Positions 1 through 13,956 are shown, counted from the first letter of the stretch. The stretch is 64,000 nucleotides of DNA from Phyllobates terribilis (GCF_046119375.1 NW_027362767.1:56854001-56918000), one strand, 5' to 3'. Notes: generated by a model from the sequence alone, not told the origin. Program-made: numbers and translations.

Positions 1-352
1 GGGCCTACGACGCGCCACAGAAAGCGGGGGCGGGCCTACGACGCGCCACAGAAAGCGGGGGCGGGCCTACGACGCGCCACAGAAAGCGGGGGCGGGCCTA
101 CGACGCGCCACAGAAAGCGGGGGCGGGCCTACGACGCGCCACAGAAAGCGGGGGCGGGCCTACGACGCGCCACAGAAAGCGGGGGCGGGCCTACGACGCG
201 CCACAGAAAGCGGGGGCGGGCCTACGACGCGCCACAGAAAGCGGGGGCGGGCCTACGACGCGCCACAGAAAGCGGGGGCGGGCCTACGACGCGCCACAGA
301 AAGCGGGGGCGGGCCTACGACGCGCCACAGAAAGCGGGGGCGGGCCTATGAC
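1..352. repeat. 31-bp minisatellite (GGGCCTACGACGCGCCACAGAAAGCGGGGGC)n, about 11 perfect copies, truncated by window start
   Basis: Exact 31-bp period read directly; no spacers. Confidence 0.97.
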
Positions 353-1372
353 TCCCGGCTTCTGCCTTCATGTGTCAAGAAATGGCAAGGGTAGGCAAGC
401 TATTCAAGTCTTTGATATCAGCCCCATGATGACCAGGTTGTCCGTAGACCTACATAACCTAAGAGAAGGTGCCATTATCTCTCTCGGGTTATAATGAAAG
501 CCATAACAAAGCCATTGGCTGATATAACATAGGCAAAGTGTAGTAAGAAAGTATACGTTGGATATGGGGATTATATCCCCCGATTACACATTCTCCAGCT
601 CTTCACATTATATAAAGCCGTGTAGGATGGAGCCATTAGGAAATGAAAAGCAAATGCCCCAATTAAAATAAAAGGAAGCCTTGCAGATTGCCCCTTACAT
701 AAACGCCCATGTACTTTCACTGCCGCAGTCAATGTAATTCCCTAAATAAGTCCTTGAATCCCACAACGGTGCAGCTGCGGCCGCTGGCGTGCAACGTTAT
801 AGCTGGCCTGGTCTATAGGATAAGGGTGGGTTTAATTTATATTATGTGAGATTACATGGAGCGGAGGCCACGTAACACAACCCTCCCACACATGGCAGGG
901 GCCGGCGGGTAACACAATCTGCATGACTCAGTAAACATAACCTACTTCCTAACCCGTTACCTGCGAGCATCTGCCGGACCGAAACAGGGTCACATCGGAC
1001 ATTGTGACACACTTAAAAGACAGTAAAGGGGTTCACTTAATTTTAAGGGTGTTAAAGCCATTAAATATTTAGTGTTCGGTCTTTTTTATGGTTGAGAAAT
1101 TCTGAACGAATAGAGCTATCCCATTTATCTGTACAGAGCGTCTCTCGCTCTGGAGGACTTCACCTGACCTGTGTTACACAGTCAATCCAGCCATTTGAAT
1201 GGACAGTATGTAATGCTTCATGTCCCCTGTGGTGGCGCTGCAGGGAAAGTGAACACTTGCATCCTGTTTGCTCTATAGATCGCAGCTGATCGCTGGGGTT
1301 CGTTCTGTGATCAGGGAACCATTTTACCAAAATAGGCTTGTCCGACCTGTGCTAAAGAGATATTCTTAATAT

Positions 1373-2847
1373 TTAAAGTGTACTCTGAATAGGCAATAAC
1401 TTACAGATCGGTGGGGGTCCAACGGCTGGATGGAGCCCCCACTAATCAGCTAACTGGCTCTGAAATGTCCTATGGGAATGGAGCAGTGGCTGCTCATGCG
1501 CACCATGACTTCATCCATTCTCTATAGGACTGGTGGAGAAAGCATCTTCATTACAATGGGGCATTTCAGAGCCGTGTTTTTGGATCGGGTGAGCTCGAGC
1601 AGTTGGATCCCCACCAAACCCCAGAACAGAGCTCGGAAATACCCCATGAGAATGAAACCATAGTTGCGCATGCACACCATGGCATCATTAATTCTCTATA
1701 GGACTGACAGAGAAAGGATCTTCATTATGATGGGGCATTTCAGAGCCCTGTTCTTGGAGCGGGGTGAGCTCGAGTAGTTGGATCCCCACCAAATTCCAGA
1801 ATGGAGCTCGGAAATGCCCCATGAGAATGGCACAGTGGCTGCGCATGCGCACCATGGCGTTATTAGTTCTCTATAGGACTGCCAGAGAACAGAACTTCAT
1901 TATGATGGGGCATTTCAGAGCCCAGTTCTTGGATCAGGGTGAGCCCAAGCAATTGGATCCCCACTGAACCAGAGAATGGGGCTCTGAAATGCCGCATGGG
2001 AATGGAACAGTGGCTGAGCATGCGCACCATCACTTCATTCATTGTCTAAGGGAGTTCCAGAGAAAGCAGCTACATTCAAACGGGGTATTTCAGAGCCCAG
2101 TTTTTAGATCGGTTGAAGTCCCAGCAGTTGCACCCTCACCAATCCTGAGTTTCTGAAATGCCCAGGCGGAAGTGAGCACTAGCTGCGCATGCGCTTCATT
2201 CATCCTCTGAGGCAGGGTTCCCCAACTCCAGTCCTCAAGGCCCACCAACAGGTCATGTTTTCAGGATTTCCTTAGTATTGCACAGGTGATGGAATTATTG
2301 CCTGTGCAGGTGATGCAATTATCACCTGGGTAATACTAAGGAAATCCTGAAAACATGACCTGTTGGTGGGCCTTGAGGACTGGAGTTGGGGAACCCTGCT
2401 CTGAGGGACTTCTGGAGAAAGCTGCTTCATTTCATTAAGACACTTCAGGGACAGGCTTTCGCGTCCAGTTGGATTCCGAGCAGTTGGATCCACACCAATC
2501 CCCAGAATGGGACTCCAAAATGCCCCTTGGTACTGTGCATGCGCACCGTCATGCGCACCGTTTATTCATTCACTATAGGACTGCAGGAGAAAGCAGTTTC
2601 ATTCTATCAGGACCTGAGAGAGTCCGGGCAATTGGACCGCCACCGGGGCTCTGAAACGCCCCTTGGAACGGAGCAGCATCTGAGCATTGGTGCGACACTG
2701 TTTCATTCATTCTCTACAAGATGATCGGAGAAAGTCTCTTCATTCCGATGGGACATTTCAGAGCTCGGATCTTGCGATCAGTGGAGGCCCCAGAGGTCGG
2801 AGCTCCCCGCCCATCCATCTGAAAGTTATCACCAATCCTGTAGAGAA
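1373..2847. mobile_element. T2/Kolobok-like MITE with about 7 tandem degenerate copies of a ~174-bp internally palindromic unit
   Basis: Begins TTAAAGTG. The unit CTCTGAAATGCCCCAT...ATGGGGCATTTCAGAG recurs near 1459, 1631, 1807, 1982, 2153, 2512 and 2648. A MITE-like end appears to resume after 4936. Family assignment is inference. Confidence 0.6.
2213..2398. mobile_element. hAT-type MITE, 186 bp
   Basis: 67-bp perfect terminal inverted repeats starting CAGGGTTCCCCAACTCC; 8-bp target-site duplication CTCTGAGG at 2205-2212 and 2399-2406. Confidence 0.92.
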
Positions 2848-4936
2848 TCTATATATATATAATCGTCTTATCCCGTCTGTCTGTCTGACTGTCCAGGAAA
2901 TCCCGCGTCGCTCATTGGTCCGGCAGCGGCCAATCAGCGCCGCGGGATTTCTGAAAAAAGATGCCGGTCGTTAGCGGCTCATCTGCGGGACGGAGCTCAG
3001 CGGCGATGCAGCCGGGAGATGAGCGCCGCGAGGCGCTCATCTCCCGGCCGGTACCAGCAGAAGGACCTCAACCGCCGGAGCCATCTGCGGGAAGGAGATG
3101 CAGCTGGGAGATGAGCGGCGCGAGGCGCTCATCTCCCGGTCGGTAGCAGCGGAAGGACCGCCGGCGTCGCTGACCTCCATGCGGAAGAGAGGACCGGGGA
3201 GCGGCGCTGCGGGTCGGGATACTTCTGCTGCAAGCGCCCGCTCATGTCCCGGGTTCTCGCAGCGGAAGTACAAGCACAGGCAGCGCCGCTCCCCGGTGCT
3301 CACCAAGACGATTCGATGATTGGTCGCGGTCTTCGGACCCGACCAATCACTGATCTTACCGCAAAAGTTAAACACCGCTGTGCTGATTGGTCGCGGACGC
3401 TGCCCGCGACCAATCACCGATTTGGGCGCCACATTTAAATATCGGCCGCGATCAATCAGCACAGCGGTGTTTAAATGTGGAGCCAAGATCGGTGATTGGT
3501 CGCGGCCGATATTTACATTTGGCGCCCAAATCGGTGATTGGTCGCGGGCAGCATCCGCAACCAATCAGCACAGTAGTGTTTAACTTTGGCGACAAGATCA
3601 GTGATTGGTCGCGGGCCAAGACGGCGACCAATCACCGATTTGTGCGGCACATTTAAATAGCGGCTGCGACCAATTGGATGTCAGCGCCGCTCCCCGGTCC
3701 TCCCTTCACACCCTAGCCGCATGAATGTCAGCGCCGCTGCCTGTGCGGATAGTTCCGCTGCGAGAATCCGGGACATGAGCGGGCGCTCGCAGCAGAAGTA
3801 TCCCGACCCGCAGCTCCGCTCCCCGGTCCTCCCTTCACACCCTAGGCGCTGCCCGCGACCAATCACCGATTTGGGCGCCAAATTTAAATATCGGCCGCGA
3901 CCAATCACCGATCTTGGCTCCACATTTAAACACCGCTGTGCTGATTGGTCGCGGACGCTATTTAAATGTGGCGCCAAAATCGGTGATTGGTCGCGCCCAG
4001 CGTCGGAGACCAATCAGCACAGCGGTGTTTAAATGTGGAGCCAAGATCGGTGATTGGTCGCAGCCGATATTTAAATTTGGCGCCCAAATCGGTGATTGGT
4101 CGCGGGCAGCGCCAGCGACCAATCAGCGATATTTAACACAAATGTCCGGACCTTAGTAACACCATGCGGATACTGTGGGGACATCAGCGGCTAGGTTGTC
4201 AATGGAGGACCGGGGAGCGGCGCAGCGGGTCGGGATACTTCTGCTGCGAGCAGTCGCTCATGTCCCGGCTTCTCGCAGCGGAAGTAGCGGTACAGGCAGC
4301 GGCGCTCCCCGGTCCTCACTAATACGATTACGCTCCCCGCTCCTCACCAATACGATTCGCTGATTGGTCGCGCTCTCCGCACGCAACCAATCAGTGATCT
4401 TGGCGCTAAAGTTAAACACCGCTCTGCTGATTGGTCGCGGCCGCTGCCCGCGACCAATCACTGATTTGGGCGCCACATTTAAATAGCGGCCGCGACCAAT
4501 CACCAATTTTGACGCCACATTTAAACACTGCTGTGCTAATTGGTCGCGGACGCCAGCCGCGACCAATCAGCGAGCTTGGCGCCAAATTTAAACAACGCTC
4601 TGATTGGTCGCGATATCCGGCCGCGACCAATCAGCGAGATGGGCGGCAAATTTAAACGCCGCTCTGCTGATTGATTGGTCGCGATAGCCGGCCGCGACCA
4701 ATCAGCGATATAGGCTGCAAATTTAAACGCCGCTGTGCTGATCGGTCGATTTTATCGCCAAATTTAAACAAGCTCTCCGGTCCTCACTAACACAGTTCGC
4801 TGATTGGTCGCGGCCGCCACCTGTGACCAATCACCGATATTGCAGCCAAATTTAAACACCGCTCTGCTGATTGCGCCCGGTCGGCCGCATACATATTCTA
4901 GAATATCCGATGCATTAGAATCGGGCCACCATCTAG
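2848..4936 (+). mobile_element. Non-autonomous Helitron-like element with internal palindromic tandem repeats
   Basis: Inserted between A and T. 5' end TCTATATATATA followed by a GTCT microsatellite; 3' end CTAG preceded by the hairpin CCGAT-GCATTAGA-ATCGG; no TSD. Interior is ~40-bp GATTGGTCGCGG/CCGCGACCAATC units in both orientations. Confidence 0.7.
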
Positions 4937-6299
4937 TAATAAATAGTGGTGGGAATAACCTTGTGGAAATTTTGCAGAATGGAAGAGATGACTAAAGGGA
5001 TTATCCATAGTCAATATTGAGGAATGTCTTCAGATTTACTTGTACACAGGAATAGGTTTTCAAGTCTTGGGTAATAAATAAAAGTTAATCATAAATTAAC
5101 AAACTTTCTAATTAAAAAAGGGTACAATTTTTGACATCCATCACTGCTAGCCAGTACTGAATGGAGGCATCCGGTCCTGATCATGTCAAGGGCTCGCTAC
5201 ATCATGCAGATTCTGCCGTGCACCTTGCCTGCACCCGAGTAGATAATGTCACTAGGGGGCGCTGATGCTCCATACAGCTGCACCATTCCTCCACTGGCGG
5301 GACTGCACCCTCCAAAAATAAAAGCATGTACAATTGCCAGCTCCAGTCAGTTTAAAGAGCAGATCTGCATGCATTGAATGTGCTGCAGAGAACTTCCACA
5401 GCACATCCGCAACTCTAGGATGTGATTGCAATTTTTTTTTCTGCCCCATTGAATGCAACAAATCCACTCATTTTCCACATAAGAAATAAGCATTCTGGGT
5501 ATTAAAATAATCTGTGTGGGGAAAAAACCCACCAGGTACAGAAGAGATTCGCCTGGTACTGTCCAGGGTGGACCTACCATACGGGTGTGCAAAAAATTAA
5601 CCTGAAAAAGTATGTGGAAGATTATGGTATGTTAGACAGTATCACTTTAAGTTCTTAAAGAGCAGTTTCTCGTCAGGGGCCTCAGATAGTTAGTTAATGA
5701 GTGGATACAAAAAGAAGACCTAACACGTCCATGTGTGACATGCACGGCTCATGAATTTCACTGAAAACTGCAATACTTCATTTCTCCTGTGGAGGAGCTG
5801 TAGGGAGATTAAACACTTGTTGCAGATGATAGATGGTGGTCGCAGGAGCAGCAGGAGACCCCTGCAGTCAGGCTGGGTATTGCAATCTGAGCACAAACCA
5901 TATATCACTATAGGTTTGCCTATCAATATATGATCAGTAGGTGGGTGCAATCTCCATACCCCCTCGCCAATCAGCAAAATAAAGGCACCGCAGAGCTCTT
6001 CGTCGTTGTGTCGTACGTCAAGTGATTATCTAGGAAGTAACTAATAGACACGAATAAAAATAACAAAAAAGGTAAATGCCTGGAGATTCTAGATCTGAAG
6101 CCTTCAGAATTATAAATGCAGCTCTGAAGTACAAAACCAGTGGTAAATGAATCAGTTCAGTGTAAGTAATGCGGAAGATTTACAAAATTTGCTCAAACTT
6201 ATGTAGATTTTTACACCAAGGTCCATAACATTAAACCATTGAATATCTTGTGACTACGGTACAATCACGCGATGGGAACATATTAGGGAGGAGGAGGAC

Positions 6300-6930
6300 A
6301 AGTTCTTAAAGCGGTTGTGTTGGAAAAAAGAAAAGTGGGCCAGTGCAAATTTGACAAGGATTAAACTGTAGTGACTAGAGGACAGGTCTTGTGGGGTCTT
6401 GGTTCTAGGGAGTGGTTGGATCCTACCAAGAGTGTCCAAAGAAATGGCCAAAAATCACCTACAATGGATCAGAACTTGACCATGGAGCAATGGAAGAAGG
6501 TGACCTTGTGGACATCAGGAGCATGTGCATCACTTACCTGGGGAGGAGATGGCACCAGAATAAGACAACGAGCCAGCGGAGGCAGCGAGATGGGTCGACA
6601 TTCTGCTGGGAATCTTGGGTCCGACATCATGTGGATATGACACGTACCATCTACTAAACATTGTAGAGTCCAAGTGCCCCCTTCATGGTAGTGGTGTTTC
6701 CTGATGGCAGTGTCCTCTTTTAGTAGATCATGCCCCTGCCAAGGAGAGGACTTGTCTCCAAATTCTCAGGATCTCATGACGATCGATCACCTATGGGAGG
6801 CCGCACTGGGCAACTATGAAGCTACTGCTGAAGTTTTGGCGCCAGATACCACAGGAGATCTTCAGGAGGTCTTCTGATGCCTCAAGGGGTCAGAGCAGTT
6901 TGGGTGGCACCAGTGGCAAAGGGCCCAATG
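6300..6930 (+). mobile_element. Highly degraded Tc1-like transposase remnant
   Basis: Remnant peptides such as LTMEQWKKV and decayed PNSPDL-like sequence; many indels; ends not resolved. Confidence 0.6.
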
Positions 6931-8508
6931 GTTTTAGACTAGAAGTGGGGTACAGCAGATATTCACTTTAACTGCTTGCCCAGTACAATTCCCCGTCCGT
7001 GTAGTGACTACACTGCTTGGAGTTAGTGGTGTGGCTCACAGCAAGCAGTTTTAGGTAGGTAGAAGATCCAGGTCACCTACATAGTCTCTATAACACTGTA
7101 CTATTACAAGTATCCATAGTGCGGTGACAGGAGAGAGATTTCCAGGCGTAAACGGCAGCGTAATCTTTTGGAATAGTCTTTCGGTGTTTGCACAGGTGCG
7201 GACGTAACACTGCACACAGGCACGTCGGTCTGCTGTGGGGTTCTTGGGTTACATAGCAATAAGGCCGGGCTTTACATGGGTGCAGCACAAACATCTATGT
7301 AGGTCAGATAAGGAGCCGATCCATTTACATGTAGTATATGTCGCCTGGATCTCTAAGTAACTCGTTGCTTGTCCCACCCAGCCTTAGGCTCATTCACATC
7401 GGTGGTCCCGTTCTGTACCTCTGGCGGATACAGTGTATGGGGCCGGACAAGAGGTTTCAGAAGTTCAGGTGACGGGACCCATAACAAGTACCAAAAATCT
7501 GAGTGTCTGGGGCAGTGGGGATCTCCAGCTTCTGCAAAAATAACACCTCCCGGCATGTCCTGCTGGCCTTTAGGTACAACACCTGGTCGGCCTCAGGTTG
7601 GAGATCACTGTTCATCTTCAGCTCAGTAGTGCCAATTGTCAGGTCATAGGACAATCCCTTCCATCACAACCTATGCCAATGGTTGCCAGCCTAGGGTAGC
7701 GCTCTCCGGCTTTTGTGAAGCCACATGCTGATGGTTTCAGTCTTACACCAGCGGCAGAGCCAGTGGTTGGACACATATTTATTGGACACTGACTGCCAGT
7801 TGTCATCATATAAACGCCCACATACTGAAATGAGACAGGGGCTAAAGTGCATTTACTCGGGCCGATTATCGTGAACAAGTGCTTCCCAAAATGCTCATTC
7901 CTTGTTAATCGTGCAGTGTAAACAGGTGGCTAATCACCTGAGCAAAATGCACGCTCGTCGGGTGAGATGATTTTTAATTATCGTTCTTGGCAGCACATCG
8001 TTGACATATTTTTGCAGAAAACAATGACTGTCTAGGAAAAACGAATGATTTATTGATTGCTGATCGTTCTGTGCACATCGAAAGTGCGCTCTGCCTGTGT
8101 AAACAAGCTATTAAACCACCGCCGACCAGCAGTTAAAGTCCAGTGTGGAGAGACCATTTGGCTGACAGCTCTCGCTCGCCCCCTCACCATACAAATGGGT
8201 GGCAGAATATGGCCCGATCGTAAACAGGGGATGTGCTGATGACAATACGGATGCTCTTTGGCTACAGAATGATTGTATTAACAACCACTTGGGGCAATGC
8301 ATACTGACTTGTATATAGTTGGTCGGCGTTCAGAAATACGCCTACGTAAATGGAGTTTAGCCACTGGGAGACAGCTCAAAAGGGTTGTATCATCATCTCC
8401 CAATGCCCCCCTACGGCTTGAGTTCCTGCATGCCAGGGGGGCGGTGCGCTCCTGCTCGACTGACAGTTCAGACCACCAGCATTATTGCATTTCAGGCCCA
8501 AACTGTGA

Positions 8509-8836
8509 GAGCAGAGGCGACTTTGCCTCGGCAGCATCCGAGGAGCGCAGGGGCACCGAGCAGAGGCGACTTTGCCTCGGCAGCATCCGAGGAGCGCAGG
8601 GGCACCGAGCAGAGGCGACTTTGCCTCGGCAGCATCCGAGGAGCGCAGGGTCACAGAGCAGAGGAGACTTTGCCTCGGCAGCATCCGAGGAGCGCAGTGG
8701 CACCGAGCAGAGGCGACTTTGCCTCGGCAGCATCCAAGGAGCGCAGGGGCACCAAGCAGAGGCGACTTTGCCTCGGCAGCATCCGAGGAGCGCAGGGGCA
8801 CCAAGCAAAGGCGACTTTGCCTCGGCAGCATCCGAG
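8509..8836. repeat. 49-bp minisatellite, about 6.7 copies
   Basis: GAGCAGAGGCGACTTTGCCTCGGCAGCATCCGAGGAGCGCAGGGGCACC repeated. Confidence 0.95.
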
Positions 8837-10450
8837 AAGACTTGTTCCAATTTATCGGCTTGTGCAATAATCTGACAGAAAGAAAACCTTAGCTCACCGG
8901 TTGTTGATGCTGGCATAAAAATCATCATTATCAGCAGCACATTGCACGGCATAAGCAGGAGATGTGCCGCAGAAAACTGGATGCTGTGTGGGGACAGAAC
9001 GATTGTACTAATGATTGTGCTCTTCAGGCTAGAAAACGACTGACTTGTTTAAAGATCAACTGGTATAAAATGCGAATTATTGTTTAAAGGAGCCCTCCAA
9101 GGAGCGGTGTATGCAAGACAGAAGTCGCCGTCCCCCGGGTCCGGCACTAGTATATTAGTTATACCTGGAATTTGCATAGATTTCTGGAGGTCCCAGCTTC
9201 CGCAGCCAGCCTCTTTTCCAACATTATAGGGGTCGTCCGGTGAAAACAAATTATCACCCATTAACAGGATAGGTGATAACTTACTGATTACAGGGACCAT
9301 CACCGATCATGAGATTAGGGCATTTTTATCCCTTTGGAATGGAAACGGTAGTGCACGTACTTGACCCACTAATTCCCTATGGGGTTGCTGAGCACTGCGC
9401 TCGGCTTTTTCTGTCCTCTCCATAGAGCATGAATCCAGCATCCGACCTTCAGCACCATTTTGGAACGGGGTTAAATAATTCCCCGATCGGTGGACAGTGG
9501 ACAGATCCACACCGATCAGTAAGTTATCAGCTAAACTGTGGTTAGTTTTCACCAGACATTCCCTTTAAGTGTTTTACTTTTCAATATCGTATTCTTTTAA
9601 AGATAGGGGGCGCCAAATAAATCCGGCAGCCCGTTCTAAATTGTTCATCAAAACGTTTTTTCTTTTTTCTCTCTCTTTTTCGCCATTCAGACGTTGGTTT
9701 CATCTTGATGGCACGTACCCTCCCTAGAGTGCAAAGGGTGGGGCTGTGACTGATCCAGGAAACTACTACATACTCCATTGTTGATCACTTTTTTTTTTTT
9801 TTGCACAGAAATGTCAAAATCCCTGGTGCATATGTAGCAGAGTCGGCATTGGTTTTTTTTTTCTTTTTTTTCAGCACAATGTGGCTTGGCTTTAGTAAAT
9901 GTAGACAATGCAGTCGCAATGAGAGATCTGGCTCTGCTACGCTGGCAGAGGGAGAGTTAAAGTGCAGTGACAGCGCTCTCCTCCTCTCCCCACCCCGCTG
10001 AGAGCATGTGTATTTGCCTCTCCCCTCCCTCTAGGGCTTCCTGCACGCCTCCTATGAAGCTCAGCTTTTAAAAGCAGCAGCTGAGAGATGCAGCAAACAC
10101 TCGGCAGCATTGCTGAAGTCCGAGCACTGGCAGAGTTAGGGGCAGGAGAGTAGACTGTGCCCTGGTGGTGTCCCGGGCAGTGCCGCCAACTCTTCTTCCC
10201 ATTAAACCCTGCACGCAACTTTTCCTTGACCACTGTTGGTTCATCGGCTCTGCGGAGCCGCACTCTGGGTAATTCCAGATACCGCTCCGGTGTAGCCAAT
10301 TTCTGTCCCATATCCGGTGTAGCCAATTTCTGTCCCATATTACCACCATCCTGATCAGAATTCATCTAGACCCTTCCCTGCTTGAGCTAGAAAAGGTTCT
10401 AGACTAGATCCGGTCGCCCCAGTATAGTTCTGGATTATACAAAAAAAAAA

Positions 10451-10682
10451 ATGCAACGTGAAGGATGTAGGATGAGCGGAGGGGTACAGGAGCCGGCGGC
10501 GGCCGGGATGATCACCTTAGACGACTTAGACAACATGACGGACGACCCGGGCTCCGATTCGGCGTACAACAGCAACGGAAGCGTCGAGGAAGAAACCGAA
10601 CCCATGGAAGACGGAGAACAGGACCGGCTGCTCAACTACTGGCAAACCGTGGCGAGAGGACATCAAGTCGAGGTGCCAAATG
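10451..10682 (+). CDS. soul3: SOUL/heme-binding family protein (soul3-like), exon 1 of 5
   Basis: MQREGCRMSGG...MITLDDLDNMTDD...EPMEDGEQDRLLNYWQTVARGHQVEVPN, phase-1 donor G|GTAAGG. Full CDS join(10451..10682,20428..20519,26091..26232,26414..26597,34228..34399) is 822 nt, 273 aa, in frame with GT-AG introns. Start could instead be 10472 or 10508. The acidic N-terminus resembles fish soul3 from memory. Confidence 0.8.
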
Positions 10683-12134
10683 GTAAGGGGCCGAATCATT
10701 GCTTGGGCGGGTGGGAGGGGGGCTTCACGTAACTTTGTTCAACTGAGCATACTGATTCCTGAAAAGAACTAGATACAATCTTGTATGCATAGACTAATGG
10801 CTCATGCAGACTACCAGAATTTTGGTCCGAGTGTGATCCGGCAAAACATAGTATGACTTGTGGCACTCATAGACAGACTGAATGGAGAAGAAGGAGAAAC
10901 TTTTTTAATTCTCCATATCCGGGAAAATCGGATCCGAGTCTGATCAGTATAATTGGGCTGACTTTCTCGGATGGAGAACAGACGGTTGTCTGCACTTAGC
11001 CGAAGGTTGGCTTCACATATTTTCTGACCCAAAACGCGACGGCCTTATATACGTCGGGTTAACAGGCTGCTTCGGGGCAGGAGACCTGCGGCCGGTCCGT
11101 GCATTGCAGTCTGTACTCATGTGAATCCATCCCGATACTGAAAAAGTTCTGCAACTTCCTCGTATACTAAGTGCATCCATTTCAAGCTTTCTGCTTGCGG
11201 TCAGTGAATGGAAACATTTTTTGCTTGCCGATCGGCACATGAAGCTCTCAGAGCTTTGCTATAAATGTATCCAGATGTCAGAATGATGAATCGTAGCAAT
11301 CTCCCAAGAGAGGAGAGATTTGGGCTGCTGGTGGTGGCGCAGGAGCAGCTATCAAGGTTTGGGTGTGAGAATTCCCTGACATCGCATTCCGCCAGTAAGG
11401 CATGCTGGGGGTTGTAGTGTGCACAGTCTCGCTTGTAGATTATTGCAAGGCTCTGTGTTATCTCCAGCGACAGCGCGGCAGAGAATCATCCCCAGTACAG
11501 ACTTAAGTCCATTAACAAAGGATTTACATCATAGAGCTTATTCACTCTGTGCTGCGGCCGTGACCAGAAGTGACAACTGGCCGGCGTGCAGCAAGGACAA
11601 AGCCACTACATACAGGCCGATGTGATGGTCCGTGAGGTTAGGATTCTTGCCAAGTACAAGCTCACTTATATGCTCACTTCTCTTTATATTAAGCTCATAG
11701 AAGTCTAGGAAGCGGAGATATGAGGTGGTAAGAGGTGACGATCGCACTCAGATCACAAGAACAAGAGTCCCGAAAGCCCCTGTGTCAGCAGAGCAGAAGT
11801 GAGCACGTGCGACCCCTTCAGTCTACAGAAGTGGTGGTCGCACATGCTCAGTAGAGCTCCATTCACACGGGACTTAAGAGCTTGATTCCCAGGATCAGTT
11901 GCAGATCCCTCACAGTGGCTGATTTCCCACTTGTTAATGGGAACACATGAATGCACCAAAGCAGAGCAGAGCATGCATGAGTCAGACCGCCAGAAAAATA
12001 CAATTCAATGCTAAAATAGACAATCTGCAACAAGTCGGCCACTAAGCGGTCTCCTTTCTGTATGACTTGCTCACTAATACCTGTCGAGTGTAATCCGTCT
12101 CTATAAGCAGAAGCACAGAGTTGGATTACAGGCA

Positions 12135-12860
12135 GCGGGGGGCCCCAGTACCTCTCCAGGCAGGCAGCTGGGTGGGGCCCTCTCCAGGCAGACAGCGGGG
12201 GGCGGGGGTTATCAGGCCCTGGTCCCTCTCCAGGCAGGCAGGAGGGGGGCAGGCCCCTCTTCAGGCAGGCAGGGGAGGGGGGGGGGGGGGGCAGGCCCCT
12301 CTCCAGGCAGGCAGGGGGGGGGGGGCAGGCCCCTCTCCAGGCAGGCGGCGGGGGGGGGGGGCAGGCCCCTCTCCAGGCAGGCGGCGGGGGGGGGGGGGGG
12401 GGCAGGCCCCTCTCCAGGCAGGCGGCGGGGGGGCAGGCCCCTCTCCAGGCAGGCGGCGGGGGGGCAGGCCCCTCTCCAGGCAGGCGGCGGGGGGGCAGGC
12501 CCCTCTCCAGGCAGGCGGCGGGGGGGCAGGCCCCTCTCCAGGCAGGCGGCGGGGGGGCAGGCCCCTCTCCAGGCAGGCGGCGGGGGGGCAGGCCCCTCTC
12601 CAGGCAGGCGGCGGGGGGGCAGGCCACTCTCCAGGCAGGCGGCGGGGGGGCAGGCCACTCTCCAGGCAGGCGGGGGGGGGGGGGGGGCAGGTCCCTCTCT
12701 AGGCGGGCGGCAGGGGGGGGGGGCAGGTCCCTCTCTAGGCAGGCAGCAGGGGGGGGGGGGGCTCTCTCTAGGCAGGCAGCAGTGGGGGGCAGGCCCCTCT
12801 CCAGGCAGACAGGGGGGGGGCGGGGCAGTCCCCGGTCCCTCTCCAGGCAGACAGGGGGGA
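12135..12860. repeat. G-rich ~31-bp minisatellite (GGCAGGCCCCTCTCCAGGCAGGCGGCGGGGG)n with long G runs
   Basis: 31-bp period in the core (12421 to 12452); variable G tracts at the flanks. Confidence 0.93.
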
Positions 12861-13746
12861 ACCCCTCTCCCGACAGACATCTGCTCCTTGCCTTTCAATC
12901 TGCATGCAGGTCATAAAAAGATGTGGGCATTCAGTTCAGATAAAAGGTAATGCTGGGATAAAAGGGAAAGGATGTTTCAGCACCTACAGTGCTGGCAGAA
13001 AGTGGGACTGCACACTAGTTACAGAACATAAGAATCTCGGGACAATTCCCAGATATATTACACTGGTATGTGCACAAAAAGGCAGTTTTGTCTTGTTGAG
13101 TGAAGGAGCGGAAGGAACCAAAAACCAGAATATTCTACATGCTTTAACTGAAAGGACACGGACGCTTGAAGTCAACAGCGACTAACAGAACAGCTAATAT
13201 CAGGGTATTGGAGATTATGGAAAGATCTGCCCAGAGCTGGAACGTGCAGCCACCTACTAATCTATATACACTGTAGCTCATTGCTATATTGGGAATGTGT
13301 GTGGTGGACATGCCCTCACAGATGCTACCACCCTCAGCTTCTTAAAAGACTGGTCTGTTATCCCATACTGCCCCATTCATCCAGGGATCATTTGCTTTTA
13401 TTCCACTCTTAATCCCTTGTACGATTGCCCCATGGACTGCATGGAGACCAGAGAATACGTGGGACACCTTCCGTAAGTCTCTAGGGTGGAGGAAGAGCCC
13501 CAGCATACTTCTAGAGAACACAATGTGCACCAGCGGTCTGCTCGCTCCTTCATACAGGTCGGCTTGCTAGATCACATTCCCCTGTACACATTTCGTTACC
13601 CCCCGTTATTTCTGCTGCATGACTGAGCCATTAGCCCAGAGGAACAAAGACTTGTACACACAGACCAGCGGCGGCCGGCGGTCTTGTCCTATTAGATGAG
13701 GCTTCAGGACTACACCTTTAGTAAGAAAAGCTATGAAACAGATTAA

Positions 13747-13956
13747 AGGAGTTTTCCCTCGACTATTAAAGTTTCTAATATAAACTTATTGTTCCTAATC
13801 CCCGCAGAAATCACATGACACCCCTGATCCGAAATTCTAGTACTTCCCATACAAGTGTATTGAGAAAGGCACGATACCTCTATGACAATGTGCTTCAGCA
13901 CATGCACATCGGAGGGCCGAGATAAAAAGTCACATCTTTAGTGTTGGAAAATCCCT
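13747..13956. mobile_element. T2/Kolobok-type MITE
   Basis: TTAA|AGGAGTTTTCC ... GGAAAATCCCT|TTAA ends. Confidence 0.65.

Noticed and set aside
6531-6560. CACTTACCTGGGGAGGAGAT resembling the 5' end of U1 snRNA
   Set aside because: It lies inside a degraded Tc1 transposase remnant, and the rest of U1 (stem-loops, Sm site) is absent.
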